From NCBI GenBank assembly GCA_037190965.1, contig JBBCKI010000018.1:1-64000 (forward strand): DNA of 64,000 nt. Direction: 5' to 3'. The stretch comes from Chthoniobacteraceae bacterium (lineage in GTDB: Bacteria > Verrucomicrobiota > Verrucomicrobiia > Chthoniobacterales > Chthoniobacteraceae). This document shows, one piece after another, positions 18,924 through 27,878 of this stretch (its first letter is position 1; each line of letters starts with the position of its first letter). The translations under genes were made by a program, and so were the position numbers. The notes under the pieces were generated by a model, which saw only the letters and a program-made list of their open reading frames with translations, ran no database searches and had not been told where the DNA came from.

Positions 18924-21548
18924 ATGATTAAGCCCCCTCTGGTCACGTTTTGTTCAATCCTTGGCCTTTTCACCGTGGCCCCGACGTTTGCGGCACCGGC
19001 CGGCTCTTCTGCTCCCCGCTCTGTCCAGGGTGTTGCGGAACGGGAAATCGTTCGTCGGCAGGAGGCAGTTGGGCGTGCGCAGCAGGCGATTGAGACCGGC
19101 AACAAGGCTCGGAAGAGCAAGGACTACGAAGTCGCGGTCCAACAATATCGCCTCGCAGTCGATCTTCTCCCTGAGAGCGAGAGCACGCGGAAACTTCGCG
19201 CACAGGCGCTATCCCTTTTCTCCGAAGCGTCCGTAAAGCTGTCCAAACAACGCATCGCCGAAGGCCGTTATGCCGACGCGGAGACTATCTCTAAAGTCGT
19301 TCTCGAAGAGCGCTACAACCCTCGTTGCCGCGAAGCCGTCGAGGTTCTCGCACACCTCGAGCAGCCTGAGTACTACAACAAGACGATCACGCCGAAGCAT
19401 CACGCAAATGTCGAGGAGGTCAAAAGGCTGTTGATCGAGGCCAAAGGGTTTTACGACACCGGTCGCTTCGACAAGGCGTTCCAGCGCTACGATCAAGTCC
19501 TCAACATCGACCCGTATAACTCGACGGCTCGCAAGGGCCAGGAGGAGGTCAACAGGGCGCGTGCCGACTATGCTTCGGATGCTTACAACACGACCCGTTC
19601 TGAGATGCTCTGGAGAGTGACGAAGGGGTGGGAGATGCAGCCAAAGCGGTATGGGACGGGACCCGTCGCGATCTGGGAGACCGGCGCGCAGAATCCCAAC
19701 AGCACGGCCGCAATCAGTGCCAAGCTCAACCGGATCATCATTCCGCGGGTTGAGTTCCGTGACGCCACGGTTCCCGAGGCCGTTGAATTTCTGAAGAAGA
19801 AGAGCCGCGAGTTGGACGTGATGGAGACCAATCCCGATCGCAAAGGGGTTAACATCGTGCTTCAGCTTGATTCGCCGGGAGGATTTTCCGCGCCGGCTCA
19901 CGCCCCTGCCGCTCCCGACGCCGGGATTGCCGGTTTGGATGCTGCGCCCCCCGTGGAGCCTTCTCTGACGCCGGCGCTTCCGTCGGTGAACCCCAGCGAA
20001 GCGCGTATTACGCTTTCGCTCAATAACGTCCCTCTCGCTGAGGTTCTGCGCTACATTACGCAGCTTGCCAACCTGAAGGTGAAGATTGACCCGTATGCGG
20101 TCGCGATCGTGCCCGTCACGGTGATCACCGACATGCTTCTCACGAAGGAGTACAAGGTCCCACCGGGCTTCCTGACCAATGCGCCGGCCGGTAATGAAAG
20201 CGCAGGCCCATCGCCTACAATGCCCTCCGGCAATGAAGGCAGCAAAATGGGTACGCGGCTTTCGGCGAAGGTCTTGTTCGAATCGCACGGGGTTCAGTTC
20301 CCTCCCGGTGCCAGCGCGACGTTCGTGCCCGCCAACAGCCGGTTGCTCGTTCGTAACACGCAGGACCAGCTTGACCTGATCGACACCATTGTTGAAGCGG
20401 CCGCCCAGTCGGTTCCTTCGCAGGTTGAGATCGAGGCGAAGTTTGTCGAAATTTCGCAGAACAACTTGAAGGAGCTTAGCTTCGACTGGCTCCTCGGGCA
20501 GTTCAACCTCCCTGGCACGGAGCGTGTCTTCGGTGGCGGCGGCACCTCTGGCAACGGCAACGTCGTTGACAACGGAAACTTCCCATTCACCGATCCTAAC
20601 GGCAACATCATTGGACGTACCCCGCTGACCTCGGGAAACCGGACCGGAACCGGAATTGGTGGTGCGATCAGTGCAAACGCGATCGACGCTCTCTTGTTCC
20701 CGTCGGCTGGGTTGACCTCGGCTGCCCCCGGCGTATTGGGCTTGGCCGGGGTCTTCACGGATCCGGAGTTCCAGGTTGTCGTTCGCGCACTGAATCAGAA
20801 GAAGGGGGTTGACCTCCTTTCCTCACCCCGGGTGACTACCAAGAGTGGTCAGCGTGCGAAGATCGAGATTGTTCGCGAGTTCCGTTACCCGACGGAATTC
20901 AGCCCGCCCCAGATTCCTCAATCGGTAGGCGGCGGTATCTCGTCCACCAGCACCGGCGGACTGACGAGTGCCCCTTCTGCAATTCCGGTCACACCGACGA
21001 CGCCGACCGCGTTTGAAACCCGGAATACCGGCGTCACGCTCGACGTGGAACCTGTAGTTGGGCCAGACGGTTCGACTATCGATCTCAACCTTCAGCCTGA
21101 GGTTGTTGAGTTCGAAGGATTCATCAACTACGGCAGCCCGATTCTGGCGCCGCCTTCGACCAGCATTATCGGGGGTGTCTTCATGAGCTCGCCTCCTACC
21201 GTCGTTACTCCGAACGTCATCAACCAGCCGATCTTCAGCACCCGCAGGGTGACGACGAGCGTCAGTGTTTGGGACGGTCAGACGGTGGCCCTTGGCGGCT
21301 TGATGCGCGAGGACGTTCAGAAAGTCGAAGACAAGGTGCCGCTCTTGGGTGACATCCCGCTGCTTGGACGTGCGTTCCGCTCTTCGGTGGATCAACACCT
21401 CAAGCGCAACCTGGTGATCTTCGTCACTGCACGACTGATTAACCCGGCTGGCGAACCGCTAAACGTGGAAGAAGAGAAGGACGAGGTCATCGAATCGATG
21501 GTCCCTGATCAATTGCCGGACGCTCCGCTTCCGCTGTTCACGAAATAA
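18924..21548 (+). CDS. TPR-containing type II/IV secretin (Amuc_1098/PilQ-like)
   Basis: N-terminal TPRs; QVEIEAKFVE, LLSSPRVTTKSGQRA, GVTLDVEP, DGQTVALGGL, KVPLLGDIPLLGRAF, NLVIFVTARL secretin motifs. Confidence 0.92.
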   Translation: MIKPPLVTFCSILGLFTVAPTFAAPAGSSAPRSVQGVAEREIVRRQEAVGRAQQAIETGNKARKSKDYEVAVQQYRLAVDLLPESESTRKLRAQALSLFSEASVKLSKQRIAEGRYADAETISKVVLEERYNPRCREAVEVLAHLEQPEYYNKTITPKHHANVEEVKRLLIEAKGFYDTGRFDKAFQRYDQVLNIDPYNSTARKGQEEVNRARADYASDAYNTTRSEMLWRVTKGWEMQPKRYGTGPVAIWETGAQNPNSTAAISAKLNRIIIPRVEFRDATVPEAVEFLKKKSRELDVMETNPDRKGVNIVLQLDSPGGFSAPAHAPAAPDAGIAGLDAAPPVEPSLTPALPSVNPSEARITLSLNNVPLAEVLRYITQLANLKVKIDPYAVAIVPVTVITDMLLTKEYKVPPGFLTNAPAGNESAGPSPTMPSGNEGSKMGTRLSAKVLFESHGVQFPPGASATFVPANSRLLVRNTQDQLDLIDTIVEAAAQSVPSQVEIEAKFVEISQNNLKELSFDWLLGQFNLPGTERVFGGGGTSGNGNVVDNGNFPFTDPNGNIIGRTPLTSGNRTGTGIGGAISANAIDALLFPSAGLTSAAPGVLGLAGVFTDPEFQVVVRALNQKKGVDLLSSPRVTTKSGQRAKIEIVREFRYPTEFSPPQIPQSVGGGISSTSTGGLTSAPSAIPVTPTTPTAFETRNTGVTLDVEPVVGPDGSTIDLNLQPEVVEFEGFINYGSPILAPPSTSIIGGVFMSSPPTVVTPNVINQPIFSTRRVTTSVSVWDGQTVALGGLMREDVQKVEDKVPLLGDIPLLGRAFRSSVDQHLKRNLVIFVTARLINPAGEPLNVEEEKDEVIESMVPDQLPDAPLPLFTK

Positions 21549-21569
21549 TCGAATTCGATCAAGGTCTTG

Positions 21570-21599
21570 GCGCCCACCCGGGGAACTCCCGGGTGGCGC
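21570..21599 (+). terminator. GC-rich hairpin after the secretin gene
   Basis: GCGCCCACCCGGGGAACTCCCGGGTGGCGC stem-loop ~20 nt after the stop; no clear U-tract. Confidence 0.45.
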
Positions 21600-21816
21600 A
21601 GGCCGAAGCCCCGGGGAATGCGATTGCGGGGTTTGGTTTGTCGGTATTGAAGTAGGTTGAGTTGAGAGTCCCTGAGAGCCCAACAGAACCCGATGATCAG
21701 GCGGGGCGGCCTCGCAGAAGGGCTCAGGTTTTAGTCAGTTTTTGAATATCCGGGCGCATTGGGCGCAGGATCAAGAGAAGTCGGTCAAAGTAAGGATTGG
21801 AGAATCGAAAGGGCGC

Positions 21817-22434
21817 GTGCCTGTTCTTGGAATCACAGGCGGAATTGCAACGGGAAAGTCGTCTTTCACACGCCGACTCGGTCCGTTGCTCGGAGGAACG
21901 CTGTTCGATGCCGATGCGGCAGCCAGAGAGCTGCTTTCCGGCAACAGCGATGTGCTCAATCGCGTCCGCGAGACATTTGGCTCTGATGTCATTTTTTCGG
22001 ATGGAGATCGGGGCGGACGTGTCAGCCGGGAACGACTGCGTGAGATTGTTTTCCGTGACCCCATGCAACGGAAAAAACTGGAAGCGATTTTGCACCCTTT
22101 GATTCGCGCAGATTGGATGGCAAAAGCCAAATTCGCGCGCCAGACGGGCGAATGGTTGACGGTCGACATTCCCCTCCTTTTTGAGGCAGGGCTGGAAAAT
22201 GAGTTCGACGTAGTGGTGGTTGTTGCCTGCCGTGCGTCCACCCAGCGGGCTCGAATCGTATTGGAGCGGGGATTGTCTGCGGAGATGGCCGATCACATCA
22301 TCGCGTCTCAACAGAGCCTGGCCTCCAAGATCGCCCGGGCTTCCCATGTCGTCTGGAGCGATTCGCCGATGGCGCGTCTCGAAGAACAGGCGCAGATTTT
22401 AGCGACTTACCTTAACCCTGAAAACCGAAGTTGA
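21817..22434 (+). CDS. coaE: Dephospho-CoA kinase
   Basis: GITGGIATGKS, DAD, LEAILHPLI, DIPLLFE. GTG start at 21817 chosen by family length. Confidence 0.92.
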   Translation: MPVLGITGGIATGKSSFTRRLGPLLGGTLFDADAAARELLSGNSDVLNRVRETFGSDVIFSDGDRGGRVSRERLREIVFRDPMQRKKLEAILHPLIRADWMAKAKFARQTGEWLTVDIPLLFEAGLENEFDVVVVVACRASTQRARIVLERGLSAEMADHIIASQQSLASKIARASHVVWSDSPMARLEEQAQILATYLNPENRS

Positions 22435-22543
22435 TCGCGGTGGCTTGCGCAATTCCCGGGCAGAAACGCTTTCGCTTCTCCTCAACCGCTTCTGCCCCAG
22501 GCTCTTGCACAATTCCACTCGCTCCAGCATCGGATTTCAGGTT
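22414..22543. repeat. MITE-like element (family B, copy 2), overlapping coaE stop
   Basis: AACCCTGAAAACCGAAGTTGATCGCGG...CGCTCCAGCATCGGATTTCAGGTT aligns with 11008-11171 with an internal deletion. Confidence 0.78.
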
Positions 22544-22578
22544 AAAAGTTCCTTTCAGGAAACCCATTGAGGATTGTT

Positions 22579-23943
22579 ATGGATGAGAACCCCGCCATAG
22601 ACTCACCGGAAGGCAAACCGCCCAGCCCGGGAGGACACGAATCAGCTCAGGAGGTTGCGCTGGCCCGCCCTTCGCTGCCTGCCAAGCTTCACCTGGATGA
22701 GCTGCACGCTTTATCTCATATTGGGCTGGTCGAGCGCGCCGGAGAGCTAAGGATGCGGGTCAATCCCGATCGGAGCAGTCATCAGCTTGTTTTCGATCTT
22801 CTGAAATTTTACGGAAGCAGGGGCGTGGAGTTGCAGGCCGAGGGGGTGGTTGAGGTCACTCCGGACAACCAGGCGCACCTTCGTTGGCCGCGTTTCAGCT
22901 TCAAAGCGTTCCCTGAGGACGTTTTCATCCCGAGGGGGATTATGCAACGTTACGGGCTCCAGCAGGGGCACCTTGTTTCCGCGCGCATCCGCCCGCCGCG
23001 GGACAAGGAACGGGGCATGGTGCTCGATCAAGTCCTGGCGATCGAAGGGATTCCTGTCGATCGTTGGACTGAGCCGAAGCCGTTCGATCATCTTACGCCG
23101 TTGTTTCCGAACCAACGGATCATTTTGGAGAACAATGTGACGCGGTCGCTGAGCGGGCGCGCCGTTGATCTTATTACCCCACTGGGCCGTGGACAGCGCG
23201 CATTGATCGTCGCTCCGCCACGCGGGGGAAAGACGATGATGATGAAGGACATGGCGAAGTCGATCCGGGCCAGCTCGCCCGAAACGCATGTCATTCTGTT
23301 GCTCGTCGATGAACGGCCTGAAGAGGTGACCGACTTCAAACGGGATGTCGACGCTGACATTTTCTCGTCGACGTTCGACGAGAACGCCCAACGCCACACC
23401 CAGGTGGCGGAGATCGTGATTGAACGCGCAAAAAGACTCGTTGAACTGGGGCGGCACGTTGTCGTCATGCTCGATAGCATTACCCGCCTGGCACGCGGCT
23501 ATAACAACATGATGCCAAGCAAGGGGAGGATCATGTCCGGCGGTGTTGACGCCAAGGCGCTCCTCAAACCGAAGAAGTTCTTTGGGGCCGCGCGGAATGT
23601 GGAAGAGGGCGGAAGTCTCACCATTATCGCCACCGCCCTTGTTGACACCAACAGCCGAATGGATGAAGTGATCTTCGAGGAGTTCAAGGGCACTGGGAAC
23701 ATGGAGTTGCATCTCGCCCGGGAACTCGTCGAGAAACGCGTCTACCCGGCCATTCACATTCTCAACTCCGGAACGCGCCGGGAGGATCTTCTCTACCATC
23801 CCGAGGAGTTCGCCCGGATCAACGTTTTGCGAAAACAACTCGCCCAGCTTCCGCCTATTGAGGCGATGGAGCTTCTCGTCCGCCAGTTGCGGGCCACCAA
23901 AACCAATGCGGAGTTGCTCTTGATGGGCTTCCGTTCTGCCTAA
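22579..23943 (+). CDS. rho: Transcription termination factor Rho
   Basis: [66 protein letters not shown]. Confidence 0.95.
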   Translation: MDENPAIDSPEGKPPSPGGHESAQEVALARPSLPAKLHLDELHALSHIGLVERAGELRMRVNPDRSSHQLVFDLLKFYGSRGVELQAEGVVEVTPDNQAHLRWPRFSFKAFPEDVFIPRGIMQRYGLQQGHLVSARIRPPRDKERGMVLDQVLAIEGIPVDRWTEPKPFDHLTPLFPNQRIILENNVTRSLSGRAVDLITPLGRGQRALIVAPPRGGKTMMMKDMAKSIRASSPETHVILLLVDERPEEVTDFKRDVDADIFSSTFDENAQRHTQVAEIVIERAKRLVELGRHVVVMLDSITRLARGYNNMMPSKGRIMSGGVDAKALLKPKKFFGAARNVEEGGSLTIIATALVDTNSRMDEVIFEEFKGTGNMELHLARELVEKRVYPAIHILNSGTRREDLLYHPEEFARINVLRKQLAQLPPIEAMELLVRQLRATKTNAELLLMGFRSA

Positions 23944-23946
23944 ATT

Positions 23947-25008
23947 TTGTTTCCGGTGATCACCACTCCCGAGTCTTTAGCCCAGTTTATCGAACCGTTG
24001 CGGCAGGCAGGCCGCGTCGCCCTCGACACCGAGGCCGACAGCTTGCACTGTTATTTCGAGAAATTGTGCCTGATCCAGATCAGTATTCCGGGGCACGACG
24101 TTCTCATCGATCCGCTCGCCGGGGTGTCTCTGGCGCCGCTTTTTGACGAACTCAAGAACCACGAACTCATCCTGCAGGGGCTCGATTACGATTTACGGCT
24201 TCTGCGTCGTGTCGGGATGGAAGAAGTCGGGGGTGTTTTCGATACGATGATCGCGGCGCGATTGACGGGTGTTCTGGAGTTCAGCCTGGCGGCGCTGCTG
24301 GAGAAAAATTTTGGCATTGTACTGGCCAAAGGCTCCCAAAAGGCGAATTGGGCCCAGCGCCCGCTTTCGCCGAAGATGGAGGAGTACGCAAGAAACGATA
24401 CCCGTCATCTTTTGGCCCTGGCTGAGAAACTTCAGGAGGATTTGCACCGGTTGGGACGCTGGGATTGGTTCGCCCAAACGTGCGAAAAAGCCATCGAGGC
24501 CACCCGGGTCAATCGGGAGCGTGACCTCGACTCTGCCTGGCGCATCACCGGAAGCGGGGATCTGAGGGGACGCGCTGCGGCCTTGTTACGCGCGCTGTGG
24601 ACGTGGCGCGATGAAGAGGCCCGCAAGGTGGACCGCCCGGCTTTTCATATCATTCGCAATGACCTTCTCATCGATGCTGCGCGGCGTTTTGCCTCGGGGG
24701 ATCGGGCGCAGATCGCTCATCTTTCCGGCGGTCGCCAGAAGCGTTTTTTCGAAGCCGCAGAGAAGGCGTTGGAATTGCCGGAGAGCGAATGGCCCAAATT
24801 TGTCCGCAACCCGCGTCCGCGTCCGACGCCGGAGCAGGAGCGATTGTTTGCCGAGTTCAAAGCCCGCCGAGATCGTTCCGCCGCCGATCACCAGATTGAA
24901 TGCTCTCTGATTGCTCCCAAAAGCGTCCTTGAAGCGCTCGCGGCGGACGTTGAAGGGACGCTGCCCAGCTTGTTGCCATGGCAGCGGATGTTGCTCGGGT
25001 TCGAGTAA
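23947..25008 (+). CDS. rnd: Ribonuclease D (DEDDy exonuclease plus HRDC)
   Basis: ALDTEADS, LCLIQI, FDTMIAA, NWAQRPL, YARND; HRDC region WRDEEARKVDRP. TTG start. Confidence 0.88.
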   Translation: MFPVITTPESLAQFIEPLRQAGRVALDTEADSLHCYFEKLCLIQISIPGHDVLIDPLAGVSLAPLFDELKNHELILQGLDYDLRLLRRVGMEEVGGVFDTMIAARLTGVLEFSLAALLEKNFGIVLAKGSQKANWAQRPLSPKMEEYARNDTRHLLALAEKLQEDLHRLGRWDWFAQTCEKAIEATRVNRERDLDSAWRITGSGDLRGRAAALLRALWTWRDEEARKVDRPAFHIIRNDLLIDAARRFASGDRAQIAHLSGGRQKRFFEAAEKALELPESEWPKFVRNPRPRPTPEQERLFAEFKARRDRSAADHQIECSLIAPKSVLEALAADVEGTLPSLLPWQRMLLGFE

Positions 25009-25092
25009 ACCTGGGTTCGAGCAGAACCTGAATTCAGATTTCCGATTTCAGATCGGAGCAACTTTCGTCCCGGGGTGGTTTTGCATTGAGGT

Positions 25093-25863
25093 ATGAAATT
25101 CCGATACCTCGCTACTTTGTCCCTCGTGGCGGCCGCGCTTTCCGGCTCCGCGATTCACACCTTCGCAGCCCCTCCCGAACCCGGTGATTCCGAGGGAAAA
25201 CCGCCGCGTGCGGGGTTTGAAAGACCCAATGATGGCGTTTCCCCCGAGGATCGGGAGAAGCTAAGGGCCGCCATGCAGAAAGCGCAGAGCGATCCTGCCG
25301 TTGCTGCTGCTTCTCAAGATCAGAGGGCCGCCAGTCAAGCCTATCGGGAGGCTCTGAAAAGCTCAATCCTAGCCAAGGATCCCTCGATGGCCTCTCTCCT
25401 TGAAAAAACCGGGAGACCTCCAGGACCTCGTTCCGCACCCCCTGCGCCTTCTGAGGGGGCTGAATCGTCGACTCCTCCTGCTCCTGAAGGCGGACGTCGG
25501 GGCGGCAGGGGCCCGGGCGGGGAAGGTGGCCGGGGTGGGGGAGGTCCTCGCCTCTCACCTGAAGAACGTGAAAAATTGAAAGCCGCCACCGAGGAGGCCG
25601 AGAAGACTCCGGAAGTTCAGGCAGCCGCCGCAAAGAGGGACGCCGCAAACAAGGCGCACCGCGATGCCCTCAAGGCGGCGATTCTCAAGGAAAACCCGAC
25701 CATGGAAGCTGCGGTGGACAAAATGCTGGAGAGAATGAAAGATCGCGGAAATCGGATGATGGATAGGGGTCAACGGGGGCTCCGTCGAAATGGCCCCCCC
25801 GGAGCTCCGCCTTCAGTTCCGCCCGTAGCGCCACCGGTTGAAGAAGCCGAGCCCCAGCAATAA
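25093..25863 (+). CDS. Secreted helical-repeat protein (two ~55-aa repeats)
   Basis: Signal peptide; SPEDREKLRAA...DPSM and SPEEREKLKAA...NPTM repeats separated by Pro/Gly linkers. Confidence 0.7.
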   Translation: MKFRYLATLSLVAAALSGSAIHTFAAPPEPGDSEGKPPRAGFERPNDGVSPEDREKLRAAMQKAQSDPAVAAASQDQRAASQAYREALKSSILAKDPSMASLLEKTGRPPGPRSAPPAPSEGAESSTPPAPEGGRRGGRGPGGEGGRGGGGPRLSPEEREKLKAATEEAEKTPEVQAAAAKRDAANKAHRDALKAAILKENPTMEAAVDKMLERMKDRGNRMMDRGQRGLRRNGPPGAPPSVPPVAPPVEEAEPQQ

Positions 25864-25880
25864 GGCTTTGAAAGGGGGGG

Positions 25881-25905
25881 GCGGCGTCGCGGAGTTCCGC
25901 CCTCC
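25881..25905 (-). repeat. GGAGGGCGGA(G/A)CTCCGCGACGCC REP-like unit (family C)
   Basis: Further copies at ~38490-38511, 38579-38602 and 46923-46947. Confidence 0.75.
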
Positions 25906-26023
25906 GCCCTCCGGCGACCGCGCGACTAGCTCGCGCGGAACGTGAGTCAAAATTTCATCGGCGCGGCGGTGCCTCTTTCGGGGGGAGGCGTTCCGCGCTT
26001 TGGATTTCAGATTAAAATGAAAA

Positions 26024-26062
26024 GGGCGCTGCCGCATTCAATGTGGCAGCGCCCGAATTTTT
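26024..26062. terminator. Probable bidirectional terminator
   Basis: GGGCGCTGCCGCAT/ATGTGGCAGCGCCC stem with an A-run before and a T-run after, between convergent genes. Confidence 0.65.
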
Positions 26063-26093
26063 TAGGATCGCTTGGATCCGAATGAAGTGTTTC

Positions 26094-26273
26094 TTAGCAG
26101 ACGCGCGCGCGAATTTTCCTGCCGTTGCTCTGGAACCGGACGCGCCCGGACTCGATAAGATCGGCCACGGCGGCTACGGTTTCACGATTGTTACGGCTGT
26201 AATTGCTCACGACCTGAATTAAATCTCCGAGGCTGAGGCTCGACCGTTCGGCTTTACGTGGGGTCTTTTTCAT
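26094..26273 (-). CDS. Small basic hypothetical protein (59 aa)
   Basis: Manually translated: MKKTPRKAERSSLSLGDLIQVVSNYSRNNRETVAAVADLIESGRVRFQSNGRKIRARVC*. Below the ORF-track cutoff; followed by a terminator. Confidence 0.65.
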   Translation of the reverse strand: MKKTPRKAERSSLSLGDLIQVVSNYSRNNRETVAAVADLIESGRVRFQSNGRKIRARVC

Positions 26274-26369
26274 AGCTGGGGTGGGTTGGGCAGGAATCCG
26301 ATTCCTGCAAATGGTTACGTCTTGTTAGACCCCCCCGCTCCGAAAACGTTCACACAAAAACCTTCGAAT

Positions 26370-26822
26370 TTAAAAGAGGGGTACTTTCACCACCACCTTC
26401 TTTACGGGCGAGGGGGTGTCGTCCACCGCAATGCACGGCATATGGACGTCCTGGGGGAGAAAAATGGCAAACTGGCCTGCGCTCAAACGGAAGAAATCGC
26501 CTCGCCCGGTGTGGAGGGAGTAATCGTTTTCTTCCGAATACTCTTGAGAAACGGCCGTTGTTGCCAATGGGGCAAAACCGACGATTTCGACTCCCTCCAC
26601 GACAAATTGAATATCGGCATGCTTGCGGTGGGATTCCCAAAGGCCTTTCGCCAGAGGCCGCGTGTCATATTCCTGACGCATGGCGAAGAGGCCGCCTTCG
26701 AGTTCATTGCGGCCCGTCTGGAGCGCCGCAAAATCGAGCTTCTTTAGAAACTCCAGGCCCAGGGAAAACCGGGAAGAGAGGGAGGTGTAGAAATCCGCGT
26801 TGCAGAGATGGTCAACGATCAT
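26370..26822 (-). CDS. YhcH/YjgK/YiaL-family protein
   Basis: MIVDHL start; WESHRKHADIQ, FAIFLPQDVHMP, KKVVVKV. Confidence 0.88.
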   Translation of the reverse strand: MIVDHLCNADFYTSLSSRFSLGLEFLKKLDFAALQTGRNELEGGLFAMRQEYDTRPLAKGLWESHRKHADIQFVVEGVEIVGFAPLATTAVSQEYSEENDYSLHTGRGDFFRLSAGQFAIFLPQDVHMPCIAVDDTPSPVKKVVVKVPLF

Positions 26823-26868
26823 GGCGTATTGGAGAATTGCGCCGCGCGGTTTGAAAGCAAAAAATTGG

Positions 26869-27735
26869 CTAGGGTGCAGGGAGATTCGAGGACGGGTTGC
26901 GCAAGCGCCGGAATTGCCCCGGCGTGAGCCGCTTTTCGCGCAGAAAACGCCGATTGAAGTTCGCGAGATTTCCAAAGCCGCAGTCATAGGCGATCTCCGC
27001 GATGGAGAGGTCGGTTTCCTCCAGCAGTGAGCAAGCTGCGCGCACGCGGCAGAAGGTCCGATAATCGACGAAAGTCTTGCGTGTCATTTTCTTGAAGAAC
27101 CGAGAAAACGCGCTTGGGGTAAGCCCCGCGATTTGGGCGGCATCCGCGAGAGGGAGATCGTCCCGAAAATTCAGGTCGATATGCGCCATGACTCGCTCCA
27201 GGCGAGAGGCAATTTGATGCGAGCCTTTGTTCCAATATCCCTTGGAAGCGAGCGGCTCGCCGTCATGGCATGCGGCGAGATCCCCCAGGAGATTCGCCAG
27301 TTTGAGCCATGAGGGCAGGCCGTTTTCCTGAAGGAGCCGCCTCAGCCTGGTGCCGATACGCCGACCGGTCGACCCGGAGAAAGACACTCCCTGGCTGGCC
27401 CGGGCAAGAAGGCCGGAGATGGGTGCAAATTCTGGCAGCGCCAACAGTGCCTCCGGGAACATCCGAAACTGCGCGACCACCGCCGCGTTCGGGCAACTCC
27501 TGCCGCCGGAAGAAAACCAGGTGTGAGGGAGGTTCGGCCCAATGAGGACGAGATCGTCGGGCTCAAATGGGGCAGAATGATCGCCCACCAATCGCGTCCC
27601 GCGGCCTTCCCGAATCCAGGTCAACTCGATCTCGGGATGGAAATGCCAGCTCCAGGGATAAGGGGAACTGACTTCAAAGACCGCAAGCGACCGGTGTTGA
27701 AGCTCCGAACGTCCCGGTTCCAGAACAGGCTTCAT
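26869..27735 (-). CDS. AraC-family regulator with cupin sensing domain
   Basis: WHFHPEIEL, VGDH, GPNLPHTW; C-terminal SAFSRFFK...IAYDCGFGNLANFNRRF. Confidence 0.92.
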   Translation of the reverse strand: MKPVLEPGRSELQHRSLAVFEVSSPYPWSWHFHPEIELTWIREGRGTRLVGDHSAPFEPDDLVLIGPNLPHTWFSSGGRSCPNAAVVAQFRMFPEALLALPEFAPISGLLARASQGVSFSGSTGRRIGTRLRRLLQENGLPSWLKLANLLGDLAACHDGEPLASKGYWNKGSHQIASRLERVMAHIDLNFRDDLPLADAAQIAGLTPSAFSRFFKKMTRKTFVDYRTFCRVRAACSLLEETDLSIAEIAYDCGFGNLANFNRRFLREKRLTPGQFRRLRNPSSNLPAP

Positions 27736-27878
27736 ATCGGTAGAGAATAGCGTAATTGCAAGGAGAGCTCAAAGCGGCAATTGCGGACCACGGGTTTTAT
27801 AAATGGCAAAATAAGATCGGTTTTGGCCCCGGAAAGCGGAGATGGGGACGGCAGGAGGCATTAGGATGCGCATGTTCC

